Shown here piece by piece: positions 1 through 9,347 of a DNA stretch of 64,000 nt. The position numbers were made by a program, and so were the translations under genes. The notes beneath the pieces are model-generated. The model searched no databases. It was not told the DNA's origin and saw nothing but the letters and a program-made list of their open reading frames with translations. The DNA is from an uncultured Acidobacteriota bacterium. Lineage in GTDB: Bacteria > Acidobacteriota > UBA6911. Location of the stretch: the NCBI GenBank assembly GCA_963827655.1, contig CAWHCF010000029.1, positions 160,001-224,000 on the forward strand, in the 5' to 3' direction. Each line of letters begins with the position of its first letter. Positions within the stretch are counted from its first letter, which is position 1.

Positions 1-2501
1 TCGCCAGCAAACCGAAGCGAATCTTGTCTCCCACCGATCGGAAATCCAATTCGCTTTCGTTCACGTCGGGAGGAAGGACCGGAATCCCCATATCTTTGCA
101 CTCGGCGATGTACATCACGATCTTGTCGGTGTTTCCCACCTCGCTCGAGAGCAGTGAAGCCATGAATTGCACCGGGTAATGAACTTTAAGATACGCCGTC
201 TGGTATGCCAGCAAGGCGTAAGCCGTGCTGTGGGATTTGGGGAAGCCATACTTAGCAAAATGCTGCATGAGGTCGAAGACCTGAATAGCAGTCTTATCCG
301 GAATCTTGTTCCGGCGCGCTCCCTCCAGGAACTTGTCGCGCATCGAGGTCATCACCGACACCTGCTTTTTTCCCATCGCCTTGCGCAAGATGTCGGCCTG
401 CCCCAGCGAGAACCCCCCCATGATACTGGCAATCTGCATCACCTGTTCCTGGTAAACTATGATGCCGTAAGTCTCCTTCAGGACGTTTTCCAGAACCGGG
501 TGGAGATAGCGAACCTCGATGAGACCGTGCTTGCGCTTGATAAAATCGTCGATCATGTCCATCGGACCCGGACGGTAAAGCGCGTTCAGCGCAATCAGGT
601 CCTCGAAGCGTTCCGGCTTCAGGCGTCGCAGTACTCCCTTCATGCCGCCCGATTCAAACTGAAATATTCCATTGGTCTTCGCCTCGGAAAACAGGGCGTA
701 GACATCGGGGTCGTTCAAGGGAATATCGGTGAGGTTGAGATCGATCCCTTTTTCCTCCCGGATACGCTTTATCGTGTGGTCCAGGACCGTGAGGGTGGCC
801 AGCGCGAGGAAGTCCATCTTGAGCAAGCCGATGGTTTCCAGATCCTTCATGCTGTACTGCGTCGTGATCTCGTCCTTGTTCGACTTGTAAAGGGGGATGA
901 GTTCCATCAGCGGCTGTGGGGCAATCACGACGCCGGCGGCATGAGTTGAGGCATGCCGGGAGAGGCCTTCCAGGCGTTTGGCGATTTCGATCAGCCTGGC
1001 AATCTGAGGGTTCTTCATCTCCTCTTGAAGCCGCGGTTCCTGCTGTAGCGCCCTGTCCAGCGTGGCGTTCAGCTCATTGGGAATGAGCTTGGCGATCCGG
1101 TCGACTTCGGCATAAGGAATGTCCATAGTCCTGCCGACGTCTCGAATAACTCCCTTGGCAGCCATCGTGCCGAAGGTAATGATCTGGCAGACGTTTTCGC
1201 GTCCATATTTCGTGGCCACGTAGTCGATGACCTCCGCCCGCCGGTTCATGCAGAAGTCCATATCGATATCGGGCGGAGCGATCCGTTCGGGATTGAGGAA
1301 ACGCTCGAAGAAGAGATCGTACTGCAGGGGATCGATGTCCGTGATCCACAAGCTGTACGCGACCAGACTTCCCACTACAGAGCCGCGTCCCGGTCCGACC
1401 GGTATGCAGTTGTCTCTCGCATGCTTGATCAAATCCCAGACAATCAGGAAGTAACTCGAGAACCTCATCTTCTTGATCATCTCGATCTCGAACTCGAGAC
1501 GGTCGCCGTAAGTTCTCAGCGGATTCTTAAGCAGACCCTGCCGGGCCAGCGTCTCCAGGTGGGGACGCCGCAGCTCAAAACCTTCATGCACCACCTTTTC
1601 GAAATAAGAATCAGGGGAGAAACCGGGAGGTACTCCAAAGGCCGGAAGGTGCAGGTCGGAAGTGTCGATGTGAAGGTCGCATCGCTCCGCGATCCGAACC
1701 GTGTTCAACAGCGCTTCCGGCAGCTCACCCCAGATCTGGCGCATCTCCTCGAAGGATTTGAAGTAGAACTGATCCGTGCCATACCGCATCCGGTCGGACG
1801 TCCTGGATGTTCTTTCCGGTCCCGATACAGAGGAGAATATCGTGCGCCGGTGCGTCTTCGCGGCGCAGGTAGTGCGCGTCGTTGGTGCACGCGAATGGAA
1901 TATTGCTCTTTTTCGCGATCTCCAGCAGCATCGGGTTGATCTGACGTTGGAGCGGGAGCTCGTGATCCTGGAGTTCAAGGAAGAAGTTGCCGCGGCCGAA
2001 GATGTCATGCAGCGTGTTCGCCTCTTCCAGGGCAGAGTCGAACTGGTCAAGCAGGAGCCGCTGGGGAACCGAGCCCTTCAGACACGCCGAGAGCGCAATC
2101 AGCCCTTTGCTGTGGTGCGCCAAAATATCCTTATCTATTCGTGGTTTATAATAGAAACCCTCAACATAACCATAGGAGACCAACTTGCTGAGGTTGTGGT
2201 AGCCCGTGTTGTTTTCCGCCAGCAGGATCAGGTGATTGGACTGGTCCCCCCCGCCGGACTTCTTATGACGGCTCTCCTTGGCCACGTAGATTTCGCATCC
2301 GATGATGGGCTTGAGTCCCTTCTTCCGCGCCGAGGTATAGAACTGGATTGCCCCGAAGAGGTTTCCATGATCGGTGATTGCCATGGCCGGCATCCCCATG
2401 GAAACGGCAGTCTCGACCAGTTGCTCCACTTTTGAAGCGCCGTCCAGCAAGCTGTAATCGGAGTGATTATGAAGATGAACGAAGGTGGTGGGTTCGGCCA
2501 A
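1..2501 (-). CDS. dnaE: DNA polymerase III alpha subunit (runs off window start; one extra base near 1799)
   Basis: PHP motif FVHLHNHSDYSLLDGA in ORF 1725..2501. After removing one base near 1799 the frame reads MRYGTDQFYFKSFEEM...PGRGS...FERFLNPER..PDIDMDF and continues towards position 1. TTG start with GGGAG SD. Confidence 0.95.
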
Positions 2502-2504
2502 AAG

Positions 2505-4040
2505 CTACTCCCATTCAATGGTTCCCGGGGGCTTGGACGTGATGTCGTATACAACCCGGTTGATTCCGCGAACCTCGTTGACTATCCGGTTTGATATGCG
2601 TTCCAAAACTGAGTAAGGAAGTCTGGCCCAGTCGGCGGTCATGCCGTCCAGGCTGGTCACTGCCCGTAGGGCGCACACGTTTTCGTAAGTCCGGTCGTCT
2701 CCCATGACCCCCACGCTACGGACCGGCAGCAGGACTGCAAACGCCTGCCAGAGCTCCCGCGTCAGGCCTTCACGGTCGATCTCTTCTTGAACGATGGCGT
2801 CGGCCTCGCGCAGAAGCGCCAGACGGTCCGGCGTGATTCCCCCGATAATGCGGACTGCGAGTCCGGGACCCGGAAAGGGATGTCGGTAGACGAAGCGCTC
2901 ATCCAGCCCAAGTTCCAGGGCCAGCCTGCGCACTTCATCCTTGAACAGCTCGCGCAGCGGCTCGACTATTTCAAGCCCGATCTGAGCCGGGAGTCCTCCG
3001 ACATTGTGATGGGACTTGATGACGGCGGAAGGTCCCCGGACCGACGTCGACTCAATTACGTCCGGATAAAGAGTTCCTTGCACCAGAAACCGCACCCCCG
3101 GGAGCTTGCCGGCTTCCTCCTCGAAGACACGGATGAATTCCTCTCCTATTATCTTTCGTTTTTGCTCCGGATCTTCAACCCCCGCAAGGCGCGAGAGAAA
3201 TCGATCGGCGGCATCCACCCCGCGGACCGGCAAGTGCAGTCGATCGCGAAAAGTGGCAAGGACATCGGCGAACTCATTCTTTCGGAGGACGCCATTATCG
3301 ACGAAGACGCAGGTGAGCCGATCTCCAATGGCCTTATGCACGAGGAGAGCAGCGACGGATGAGTCGACGCCTCCGCTCAACCCGCAGATCGCCCGGCCGC
3401 CGCCCAGGCGTTCCGAAATCATGCGCGTCGACGACTCGATGAAAGAGGACATGGTCCAGTCACGGCGGCAACCGCAAACACGGGTGAGGAAGTTTTCCAG
3501 GATTTCGCGGCCGTGATGCGTGTGCACCACCTCCGGATGAAATTGGATACCCCACATCCGCCGTGATTCGTCAGCCAGGGCCGAGATGATCCCGCCGGAT
3601 CGAGCCAGGATCTGGAATCCAGGTGGAGGAGCTTCAACTCGATCGCCATGGCTCATCCAGACCTGGAGCTTGTCTGGCAACCCGGAAAAAAGCGTATCCG
3701 CGTCCAACAAATCAACCACTGCCTTGCCGAACTCGCGCTGGTTCCCCGGCACCACGATTCCACCCAGGCTCCGGGCCATGAGCTGCAAGCCGTAACAGAT
3801 GCCTAGGGTCGGGATTCCAAGCTGAAAGAATTCGGGAGGTAATGCGGGGCTGCCCGGGCTGCAGACCGAACTGGGTCCGCCCGACAGAATCACGCCGGAT
3901 GGTCGTTCAAGCCGTACCTTCTCCAAAGCGGAAGAATACGAGACAATCTCACAATAAACCGATAGCTCGCGGACGCGACGAGCTATCAGCTGGGTGTACT
4001 GGCCGCCAAAATCGAGAATGAGAATATATTCGCGCTGAAT
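2505..4040 (-). CDS. guaA: GMP synthase (glutamine-hydrolysing); probable ATT start
   Basis: [32 protein letters not shown] and KPPGTIEWE motifs. The conserved N-terminus [20 protein letters not shown] lies upstream of the ORF-track start (3926), in the same frame. Confidence 0.96.
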   Translation of the reverse strand: MQREYILILDFGGQYTQLIARRVRELSVYCEIVSYSSALEKVRLERPSGVILSGGPSSVCSPGSPALPPEFFQLGIPTLGICYGLQLMARSLGGIVVPGNQREFGKAVVDLLDADTLFSGLPDKLQVWMSHGDRVEAPPPGFQILARSGGIISALADESRRMWGIQFHPEVVHTHHGREILENFLTRVCGCRRDWTMSSFIESSTRMISERLGGGRAICGLSGGVDSSVAALLVHKAIGDRLTCVFVDNGVLRKNEFADVLATFRDRLHLPVRGVDAADRFLSRLAGVEDPEQKRKIIGEEFIRVFEEEAGKLPGVRFLVQGTLYPDVIESTSVRGPSAVIKSHHNVGGLPAQIGLEIVEPLRELFKDEVRRLALELGLDERFVYRHPFPGPGLAVRIIGGITPDRLALLREADAIVQEEIDREGLTRELWQAFAVLLPVRSVGVMGDDRTYENVCALRAVTSLDGMTADWARLPYSVLERISNRIVNEVRGINRVVYDITSKPPGTIEWE

Positions 4041-4060
4041 GATTTACTCCCGGGTTTCGT

Positions 4061-4089
4061 TTGATGTTCACTTGCGGCGCGTATACAAT
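4061..4089 (+). promoter_or_regulatory. sigma70-type promoter for uppP
   Basis: TTGATG-17 nt-TACAAT. Confidence 0.55.
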
Positions 4090-4176
4090 ATCGCACCGAT
4101 TTTAAATTTTCAAACGGAAACCCGGCGCGCCAATCTCAAGTACACAACGCAGCCGTGAGGCCGCAACCGAAGTGCT

Positions 4177-4256
4177 CTTAGTGTTTCTTCGTGTCTTCGT
4201 GGTTAGAGCTGCTCTAACGATACCACTAAGACTCAAACACACGAAGAAACACAAGG
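4177..4256. repeat. Octamer-family palindromic element, two-arm copy
   Basis: CTTAGTGTTTCTTCGTGTCTTCGTGGTT-AGAGCTGCTCTAACGAT-ACCACTAAGACTCAAACACACGAAGAAACACAAGG; the arms are reverse complements. Confidence 0.85.
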
Positions 4257-4286
4257 AATCTAGCCCAAAAAGCGAAAATTGGATCC

Positions 4287-5141
4287 ATGGAGGACTTTCT
4301 TAAGGCGGCCGTGCTCGGCATCGTTCAAGGGCTGACCGAATTTCTCCCCATCAGCAGTTCGGCGCATCTCATCCTGGTGCCCTGGTTGTTTGGCTGGGAA
4401 ACGGGCGGCTTGACGTTTGACGTGGCTCTGCACCTCGGAACCTCGGCCGCCATTCTCGCGTACTTTTGGAGAGATTGGGTTGATCTCGCCCTCGAGATGA
4501 TAAGGGGAATTCGCGAGCGCAGTCTGTTTGGCAATGCGCAACGCCGACTCGCATGGTTTTTGATCATCGGCACTCTGCCTGCGGTGGTAGCCGGACTGCT
4601 GCTGGAAGATTACATTAAAACCACTCTGCGATCACCACTGATCCCGGTCGTGACTCTGGTTGGATTCGGCATACTGCTTTATTACGCCGACCGCAAGAGC
4701 CGCCAGAGCCGTTCGCTGGACCAGTTCAACTGGCGGGATTGTCTTTGGATCGGGATAAGCCAGGCGCTCGCACTGGTTCCAGGCGTTTCGAGAAGTGGAA
4801 TAACCATCAGCGCGGCGATGTTGAGGGATGCAAGCCGCGCCGCGGCTGCTCGATTCTCATTCCTGCTCTCCACTCCGGTCATTGTCGGCGCAGCAGCGCT
4901 TCAAGCGTGGGAGGTGCTGGCGAGTACTCGTCATCCGGGCGCGGCCGTCATAGGACCTGACGTCGGCTCCGCGGCGGTAAAGTGGGATGTAATGATCGTG
5001 GGAATAATCGTCGCAGCCATTACCGGATTCCTTTGCATCCGGTATTTCCTGCGCTATCTCCAGACTAACAATCTCGTGCCTTTCGTGATTTACCGGATAG
5101 CGCTGGCAGCCCTCGTTCTGCTCATGTTTCTCAAGAGCTAG
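4287..5141 (+). CDS. uppP: Undecaprenyl-diphosphate phosphatase (BacA family)
   Basis: GIVQGLTEFLPISSSAHL and PGVSRSGITI motifs; polytopic membrane protein. Confidence 0.96.
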   Translation: MEDFLKAAVLGIVQGLTEFLPISSSAHLILVPWLFGWETGGLTFDVALHLGTSAAILAYFWRDWVDLALEMIRGIRERSLFGNAQRRLAWFLIIGTLPAVVAGLLLEDYIKTTLRSPLIPVVTLVGFGILLYYADRKSRQSRSLDQFNWRDCLWIGISQALALVPGVSRSGITISAAMLRDASRAAAARFSFLLSTPVIVGAAALQAWEVLASTRHPGAAVIGPDVGSAAVKWDVMIVGIIVAAITGFLCIRYFLRYLQTNNLVPFVIYRIALAALVLLMFLKS

Positions 5142-5384
5142 CCAGCGATTATTCCTCGGCCGAGAGCCAGTGAGCGAAGCAAGCTTCGCCAACCCGCCGA
5201 CAACGTTGACGGCACGTGCACGCAATGTCTGGACCTTGACGTGGCCGTGAGACTCACCGGCTGTTGAGGTTGTTCGAGAATTCGGGTCTCAGGATTAAAA
5301 TCCGAGAGTTCGAATGAGCAACGACTGCCGGGATTTCGTATTCATGGTAACAGATGAACATGAGTCGTGGCAAAAGGCCGCATT

Positions 5385-6158
5385 ATGCCAGGAAAATATC
5401 CGATACGAAAGTATCCTTTCGAACAGGAATTATTCCTGCACGAAATCGACAAGCTCAACGACCCGCAAGCAAGAATCCTTGACTTGGGGGCGGGGGAGGG
5501 AACCTTCAACTACGCGGTTTCTCAAGCCAGGATCATATCGGTCGACAAAGATATCCCTGCCGATCTCAAGCCGAGCGCCGGTCGCAACGCGTTCTTGCAG
5601 GCTGATGGGGCAGCCTTGCCGTTCTCAGCCCAGGTCTTCGATGTCGTGGTGGCAAACTTCGTCTTTGAGCATTTTATCCGGCCCGACCTTGCGTTAAGAG
5701 AGACCCAACGAGTTCTGAAGGCCGGCGGCCTTCTCTACCTGTCTATCCCGAACTCTGACAGCCTCGAGGATAGGATTTTTCGCTTGCTTGGGGGCGCCAA
5801 GCATCACGTTCATAGTTACTCATTTCATTCCTTGATCAAACTGGTTTATCAGAGCACAAATCTCAAGCTTATCGCTTTTGCAGATTGGCCGGCCGGATTT
5901 ACCTGGCTCAACGTTGCTCCTTCGGGGAACATCATTCGGCGCGGGCTGTGGCGATGTTTAAGGCTTGCCAGAAGGCGACTGCAAGCCTATTCGGTAAGAG
6001 ACTCCGGGTTCGTTTTTCTTTTCAGGGCTGAGGACAAACTAGGATTTCGGCTCATTTCACACGTGTGCGCCTATTGCGGGGCCGGCGCGACGATAGACAC
6101 AAGCGATCAGGCGCAGTGGGAGTGTATGCAGTGCAATCAGGTAAACTTCGCGAATTAA
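5385..6158 (+). CDS. Class I SAM-dependent methyltransferase with C-terminal CxxC..CxxC
   Basis: ILDLGAGEG motif I, ADGAALPF..FDVVV, RVLKAGG; C-terminal CAYC...CMQC. Start is ATG 5385 or GTG 5367. Confidence 0.85.
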   Translation: MPGKYPIRKYPFEQELFLHEIDKLNDPQARILDLGAGEGTFNYAVSQARIISVDKDIPADLKPSAGRNAFLQADGAALPFSAQVFDVVVANFVFEHFIRPDLALRETQRVLKAGGLLYLSIPNSDSLEDRIFRLLGGAKHHVHSYSFHSLIKLVYQSTNLKLIAFADWPAGFTWLNVAPSGNIIRRGLWRCLRLARRRLQAYSVRDSGFVFLFRAEDKLGFRLISHVCAYCGAGATIDTSDQAQWECMQCNQVNFAN

Positions 6159-6167
6159 GGGGTAATA

Positions 6168-6232
6168 ATTCTTGGTGTTTCTTCGTGTCTTTGAGTCTTA
6201 GTGGTATTGGTTAGACAGCTCGAACTACGAAG
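6168..6232. repeat. Octamer-family element, inverted near-copy of 4195-4259
   Basis: ATTCTTGGTGTTTCTTCGTGTCTTTGAGTCTTAGTGGTATTGGTTAGACAGCTCGAACTACGAAG. Confidence 0.85.
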
Positions 6233-6241
6233 ATGGCGCCT

Positions 6242-7594
6242 TCATCTCCGGGAACGAAGACGTCGTTTCTTTTCCTGGACCGTCTTCATGATTTCGCGGA
6301 ATTGCCGCTCCGTTCCCTGGTCTGTCGGCTGATAGTATTGCCGGCCGGCAAGGGATTCAGGCAGGCAATCCATGTCGGCAACTTTCTCCTCGAGATCATG
6401 CGCGTACTGGTAGCCCTTCCCATACCCGATCTTCTTCATCAGCGGAGTGGGAGCATTTCGAATGTGTAGCGGGGGCGGTTCATTCATCGTGTTCTGCACG
6501 TCATTCTCTACTTCGGAATAGGCGGTATAGAGCGAGTTGGATTTTGGCGCGAGGGAAAGATAGACAGCCGCCTGCGCCAGCGCGAGCTTGCACTCAGGCA
6601 AGCCGACCAGGCGCACCGCATCCGTGGCGTCCAGGGCCACCCTCAATGCCTGGACATCCGCCATACCAATATCCTCGGAGGCGAATCGCACCATCCGGCG
6701 AGCGATGTAGACCGGGTCCTCGCCGGCTTCCAGCATTCGCCCCAGCCAGTAGAGAGCCGCGTCAGCGTCGCTGTTGCGCAGCGATTTATGCAGCGCGGAG
6801 ATCACATTGTAGTGCTCCTCACCGGCCTTGTCGTAGAGTAAAGTCTTACGCTGCAGCGCGGCCTCGAGATCTTCAAGATTCAGCACCGGGATTCCCGGCT
6901 GAGGCCGGTTTTGAGCCAGGGCGACCGCAATCTCCAGCGCGTTGAGAGCGATCCTGGCGTCGCCATCAGCATAGACCGACAGCCACTCCAATGCGTTGTC
7001 CGGCACGTCCATTGCAATCTTGCCCAGACCCCGGTCGCGATCCTCGAGAGCACGCCGCAGGATCAACCGGATGTTCTCAGGAGTGAGAGGATTAAGAACG
7101 TAAACTTTGGTTCGCGAGAGCAGGGCGCCAATCACTTCGAACGATGGATTCTCTGTCGTGGCCCCAATGAGGACGATAACCCCTGACTCCAGGTAGGGGA
7201 GAAATGCGTCCTGCTGCGACTTGTTGAATCGATGAATCTCGTCAATGAATAGGATCGTTTTGCCGCGCGCGTGACGTTGATGGCGCTCGGCTTCGGCCAT
7301 GACCGCTTTGATCTCTTTGATACCGGAGAGCACGGCGCTGAAGGAGACAAAGCGGGACCGGGACTCCTTTGCTATCAGGCGGGCGAGCGTGGTCTTTCCC
7401 GTGCCGGGCGGGCCCCAGAGTATCATGGAGAAGAGTCGATCCTGTTCGATCATCTCCTGCAGGACCTTGCCGGAACCAATCAGATGGGATTGACCCAGCA
7501 CTTCGTCGAGCGTGCGAGGGCGCATTCTCTCGGCCAGAGGCGCGTCTCCGGCTGGAGGAGGTTCGACAGGTTCGGGAAACAAGGGACGCGACAT
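6242..7594 (-). CDS. rarA: Replication-associated recombination protein A (MgsA/RarA AAA+ ATPase)
   Basis: PLAERMRPRTLDE, WGPPGTGKTT, FIDEIHRFNKSQQD, ATTENPSF, ISALHKSLR; ATG at 7594 immediately after a heptamer repeat. Confidence 0.95.
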   Translation of the reverse strand: MSRPLFPEPVEPPPAGDAPLAERMRPRTLDEVLGQSHLIGSGKVLQEMIEQDRLFSMILWGPPGTGKTTLARLIAKESRSRFVSFSAVLSGIKEIKAVMAEAERHQRHARGKTILFIDEIHRFNKSQQDAFLPYLESGVIVLIGATTENPSFEVIGALLSRTKVYVLNPLTPENIRLILRRALEDRDRGLGKIAMDVPDNALEWLSVYADGDARIALNALEIAVALAQNRPQPGIPVLNLEDLEAALQRKTLLYDKAGEEHYNVISALHKSLRNSDADAALYWLGRMLEAGEDPVYIARRMVRFASEDIGMADVQALRVALDATDAVRLVGLPECKLALAQAAVYLSLAPKSNSLYTAYSEVENDVQNTMNEPPPLHIRNAPTPLMKKIGYGKGYQYAHDLEEKVADMDCLPESLAGRQYYQPTDQGTERQFREIMKTVQEKKRRLRSRR

Positions 7595-7596
7595 AT

Positions 7597-7656
7597 TCGA
7601 TTGACGATTGTACGATTGACGATTGACGATTGCGGCCAATCGTCAATCGTCAATCA
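7597..7656. repeat. Heptamer (CGATTGA)n inverted tandem element
   Basis: CGATTGA CGATTGTA CGATTGA CGATTGA CGATTG-CGGC-CAATCG TCAATCG TCAATC. Confidence 0.9.
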
Positions 7657-8458
7657 TACGTGATCGCTGCCTGCACGCTTCAAAGAGAATGATCGCTCCG
7701 GCGGCCGCCACATTCAAGGACTCTGATCCACGCGCCATCGGGATATGGATCGCCGGAATATCGGACCAATCTTTTTCACTGACGCCCCGGGTCTCACTCC
7801 CCAGCAGAATCGCCGCAGGGCTCTGGAAACTGGTCTCCCAGACCGACGTGCCCGAGCGCGCCTCCGCGCGCAAGGGACGAATTTTGCGGGCGGAGCAGTA
7901 GGTGAGGAATTCCGAGGGACCCACGCGCTCGATCACGGGAATGCGAAAGAAGGCTCCCGCGCTGGAGCGGATGACCTTCTGATTCCTCAGAGATCCGGTC
8001 TCGGGAGTGGTGCAAACCAGCGCGGCGCCTGCCGCCGCCGCCGTCCGGAGCAGAGTGCCCAGGTTCCCCGGGTCTTGAATTCCGCAGGCGCACAGGATCA
8101 GCGGATTGGGAAGTGTCGGGACATCGTTCAGCGTCAAATTCGGCACGCGGACCAGAGCGAGCGCCCCTTGAGGGGAGAGAACGCCCGACAGAGATCTGAA
8201 CAGCGGGCCTGCGGCTCGCCGGATCATGATCTCCCGGGAATGCCAGGTCTGCACTAGCGCCGTCTCGCGCTCATCAGTGCCGAACCCGTCCGAGAGCAGG
8301 ACGGCTTCGAATGGATGGTTCGAGTTCGTTGCTTCCTCGAGCACCCGGATGCCCTCGGCCAGAACCAGTTCTGCCGGCGCCCGGCGCGCGCGTGAAGCGA
8401 CGAGCCTGATCTTCTTGACCAGTGGATGTTCCGTGCTGGTTACAAGAGTAGCCGCCAT
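7643..8458 (-). CDS. TrmH/SpoU family RNA methyltransferase
   Basis: IQDPGNLGTLLRTA, LLGSETRG and IPM...ESLNVAAAG SPOUT motifs. Confidence 0.92.
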   Translation of the reverse strand: MAATLVTSTEHPLVKKIRLVASRARRAPAELVLAEGIRVLEEATNSNHPFEAVLLSDGFGTDERETALVQTWHSREIMIRRAAGPLFRSLSGVLSPQGALALVRVPNLTLNDVPTLPNPLILCACGIQDPGNLGTLLRTAAAAGAALVCTTPETGSLRNQKVIRSSAGAFFRIPVIERVGPSEFLTYCSARKIRPLRAEARSGTSVWETSFQSPAAILLGSETRGVSEKDWSDIPAIHIPMARGSESLNVAAAGAIILFEACRQRSRMIDD

Positions 8459-8479
8459 CGCGATACGCGCTCTGAGCGC

Positions 8480-8515
8480 CTTTGCGTTTTTCGTGTCTTC
8501 GAGTCTTCGTGGTTA
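8480..8515. repeat. Octamer-family single arm, overlapping the yqeC stop codon
   Basis: CTTTGCGTTTTTCGTGTCTTCGAGTCTTCGTGGTTA. Confidence 0.8.
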
Positions 8516-9280
8516 GGCCGCGAGAGAGGCCCCGCGGCGTTCCTGCGCGCTCCCCCAAACGACGCGCTTTACCGGAAGACTTCCTTGCCGTAGAAGCGCT
8601 TCCACGACTTCCCGCGCCAGACCGTCATCTTGCTCCGAGTCGACTTTATTGATGAACGGAATGACTTCCATCCCCTTGCGCCAGCCCTTGCAGACCCCCT
8701 CAGGATGAAGCAGGATCTGCGCGGCGAGCTTCGGTGTCAGCGTCTCTCCTTCCTTTAAGGAGTAGCGGCCGGCGGCCATTTCCCACCTGAAGAGAGTCGC
8801 CGGCCCGAGAGGTTTGTTCACGCAATCCAGACCCAGTACGGGCACGAGGTACTCCGAGTCTTCCATCAGAACGGGCTCCCCCTCGCGGGGCATTTTCAAC
8901 GACATGCCGCGGGCGCCGTCGGCTTCGTTGAGCAGGACAGGAAAGAGGTCGCGGTCGAGGAACCGGCCGAAATCGGGCTCTACCCCTTTGAGCAGATCCG
9001 GCGTCATAGCCGGCCGGGTCACCACGAACGTACGGACGTGATCCGGGCGGTCGCGCCCTGCACGCTGCAGGATTAATCTGAGCAGCCCGATATCATCACT
9101 TGAAATAATCGCGAGGCCATTTCGAGGATGGGGAGGATGAATCCTCGTGGTTGTGGTGTAAATAACCCGCACCGACCGGGAGAATTCCTCGGCCAGCCTG
9201 AGAATCAGGGCCGTTTTTCCCCCTCCGCCGACAAAGTTGATGCTAGCCGGTAATCGAAAAGCGAATTCCTCTAAGAACAA
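8513..9280 (-). CDS. yqeC: Selenium cofactor biosynthesis/accessory protein YqeC
   Basis: FVGGGGKT...TTTT(R)I, EADGA(R)..LK.P...EPV and VPVLGLD..KPL motifs of the YqeC family. Confidence 0.82.
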   Translation of the reverse strand: MFLEEFAFRLPASINFVGGGGKTALILRLAEEFSRSVRVIYTTTTRIHPPHPRNGLAIISSDDIGLLRLILQRAGRDRPDHVRTFVVTRPAMTPDLLKGVEPDFGRFLDRDLFPVLLNEADGARGMSLKMPREGEPVLMEDSEYLVPVLGLDCVNKPLGPATLFRWEMAAGRYSLKEGETLTPKLAAQILLHPEGVCKGWRKGMEVIPFINKVDSEQDDGLAREVVEALLRQGSLPVKRVVWGSAQERRGASLAA

Positions 9281-9347
9281 ATGAATTCCTTGCGGACGAT
9301 AAAGAAACCGACGAAGTTGTGATAGTCAGGCGCTACCCGCCGAACTC

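Noticed and set aside
1725-1810. Split intein or programmed frameshift in dnaE
   Set aside because: No intein residues or slippery site; a single-base deletion restores a continuous protein.
4201-4219. attC-like site (GTTAGAG..CTCTAAC; similar at 59362-59386 and 5269-5322)
   Set aside because: The order is GTT...AAC, opposite to attC (RYYYAAC...GTTRRRY), and there is no IntI.
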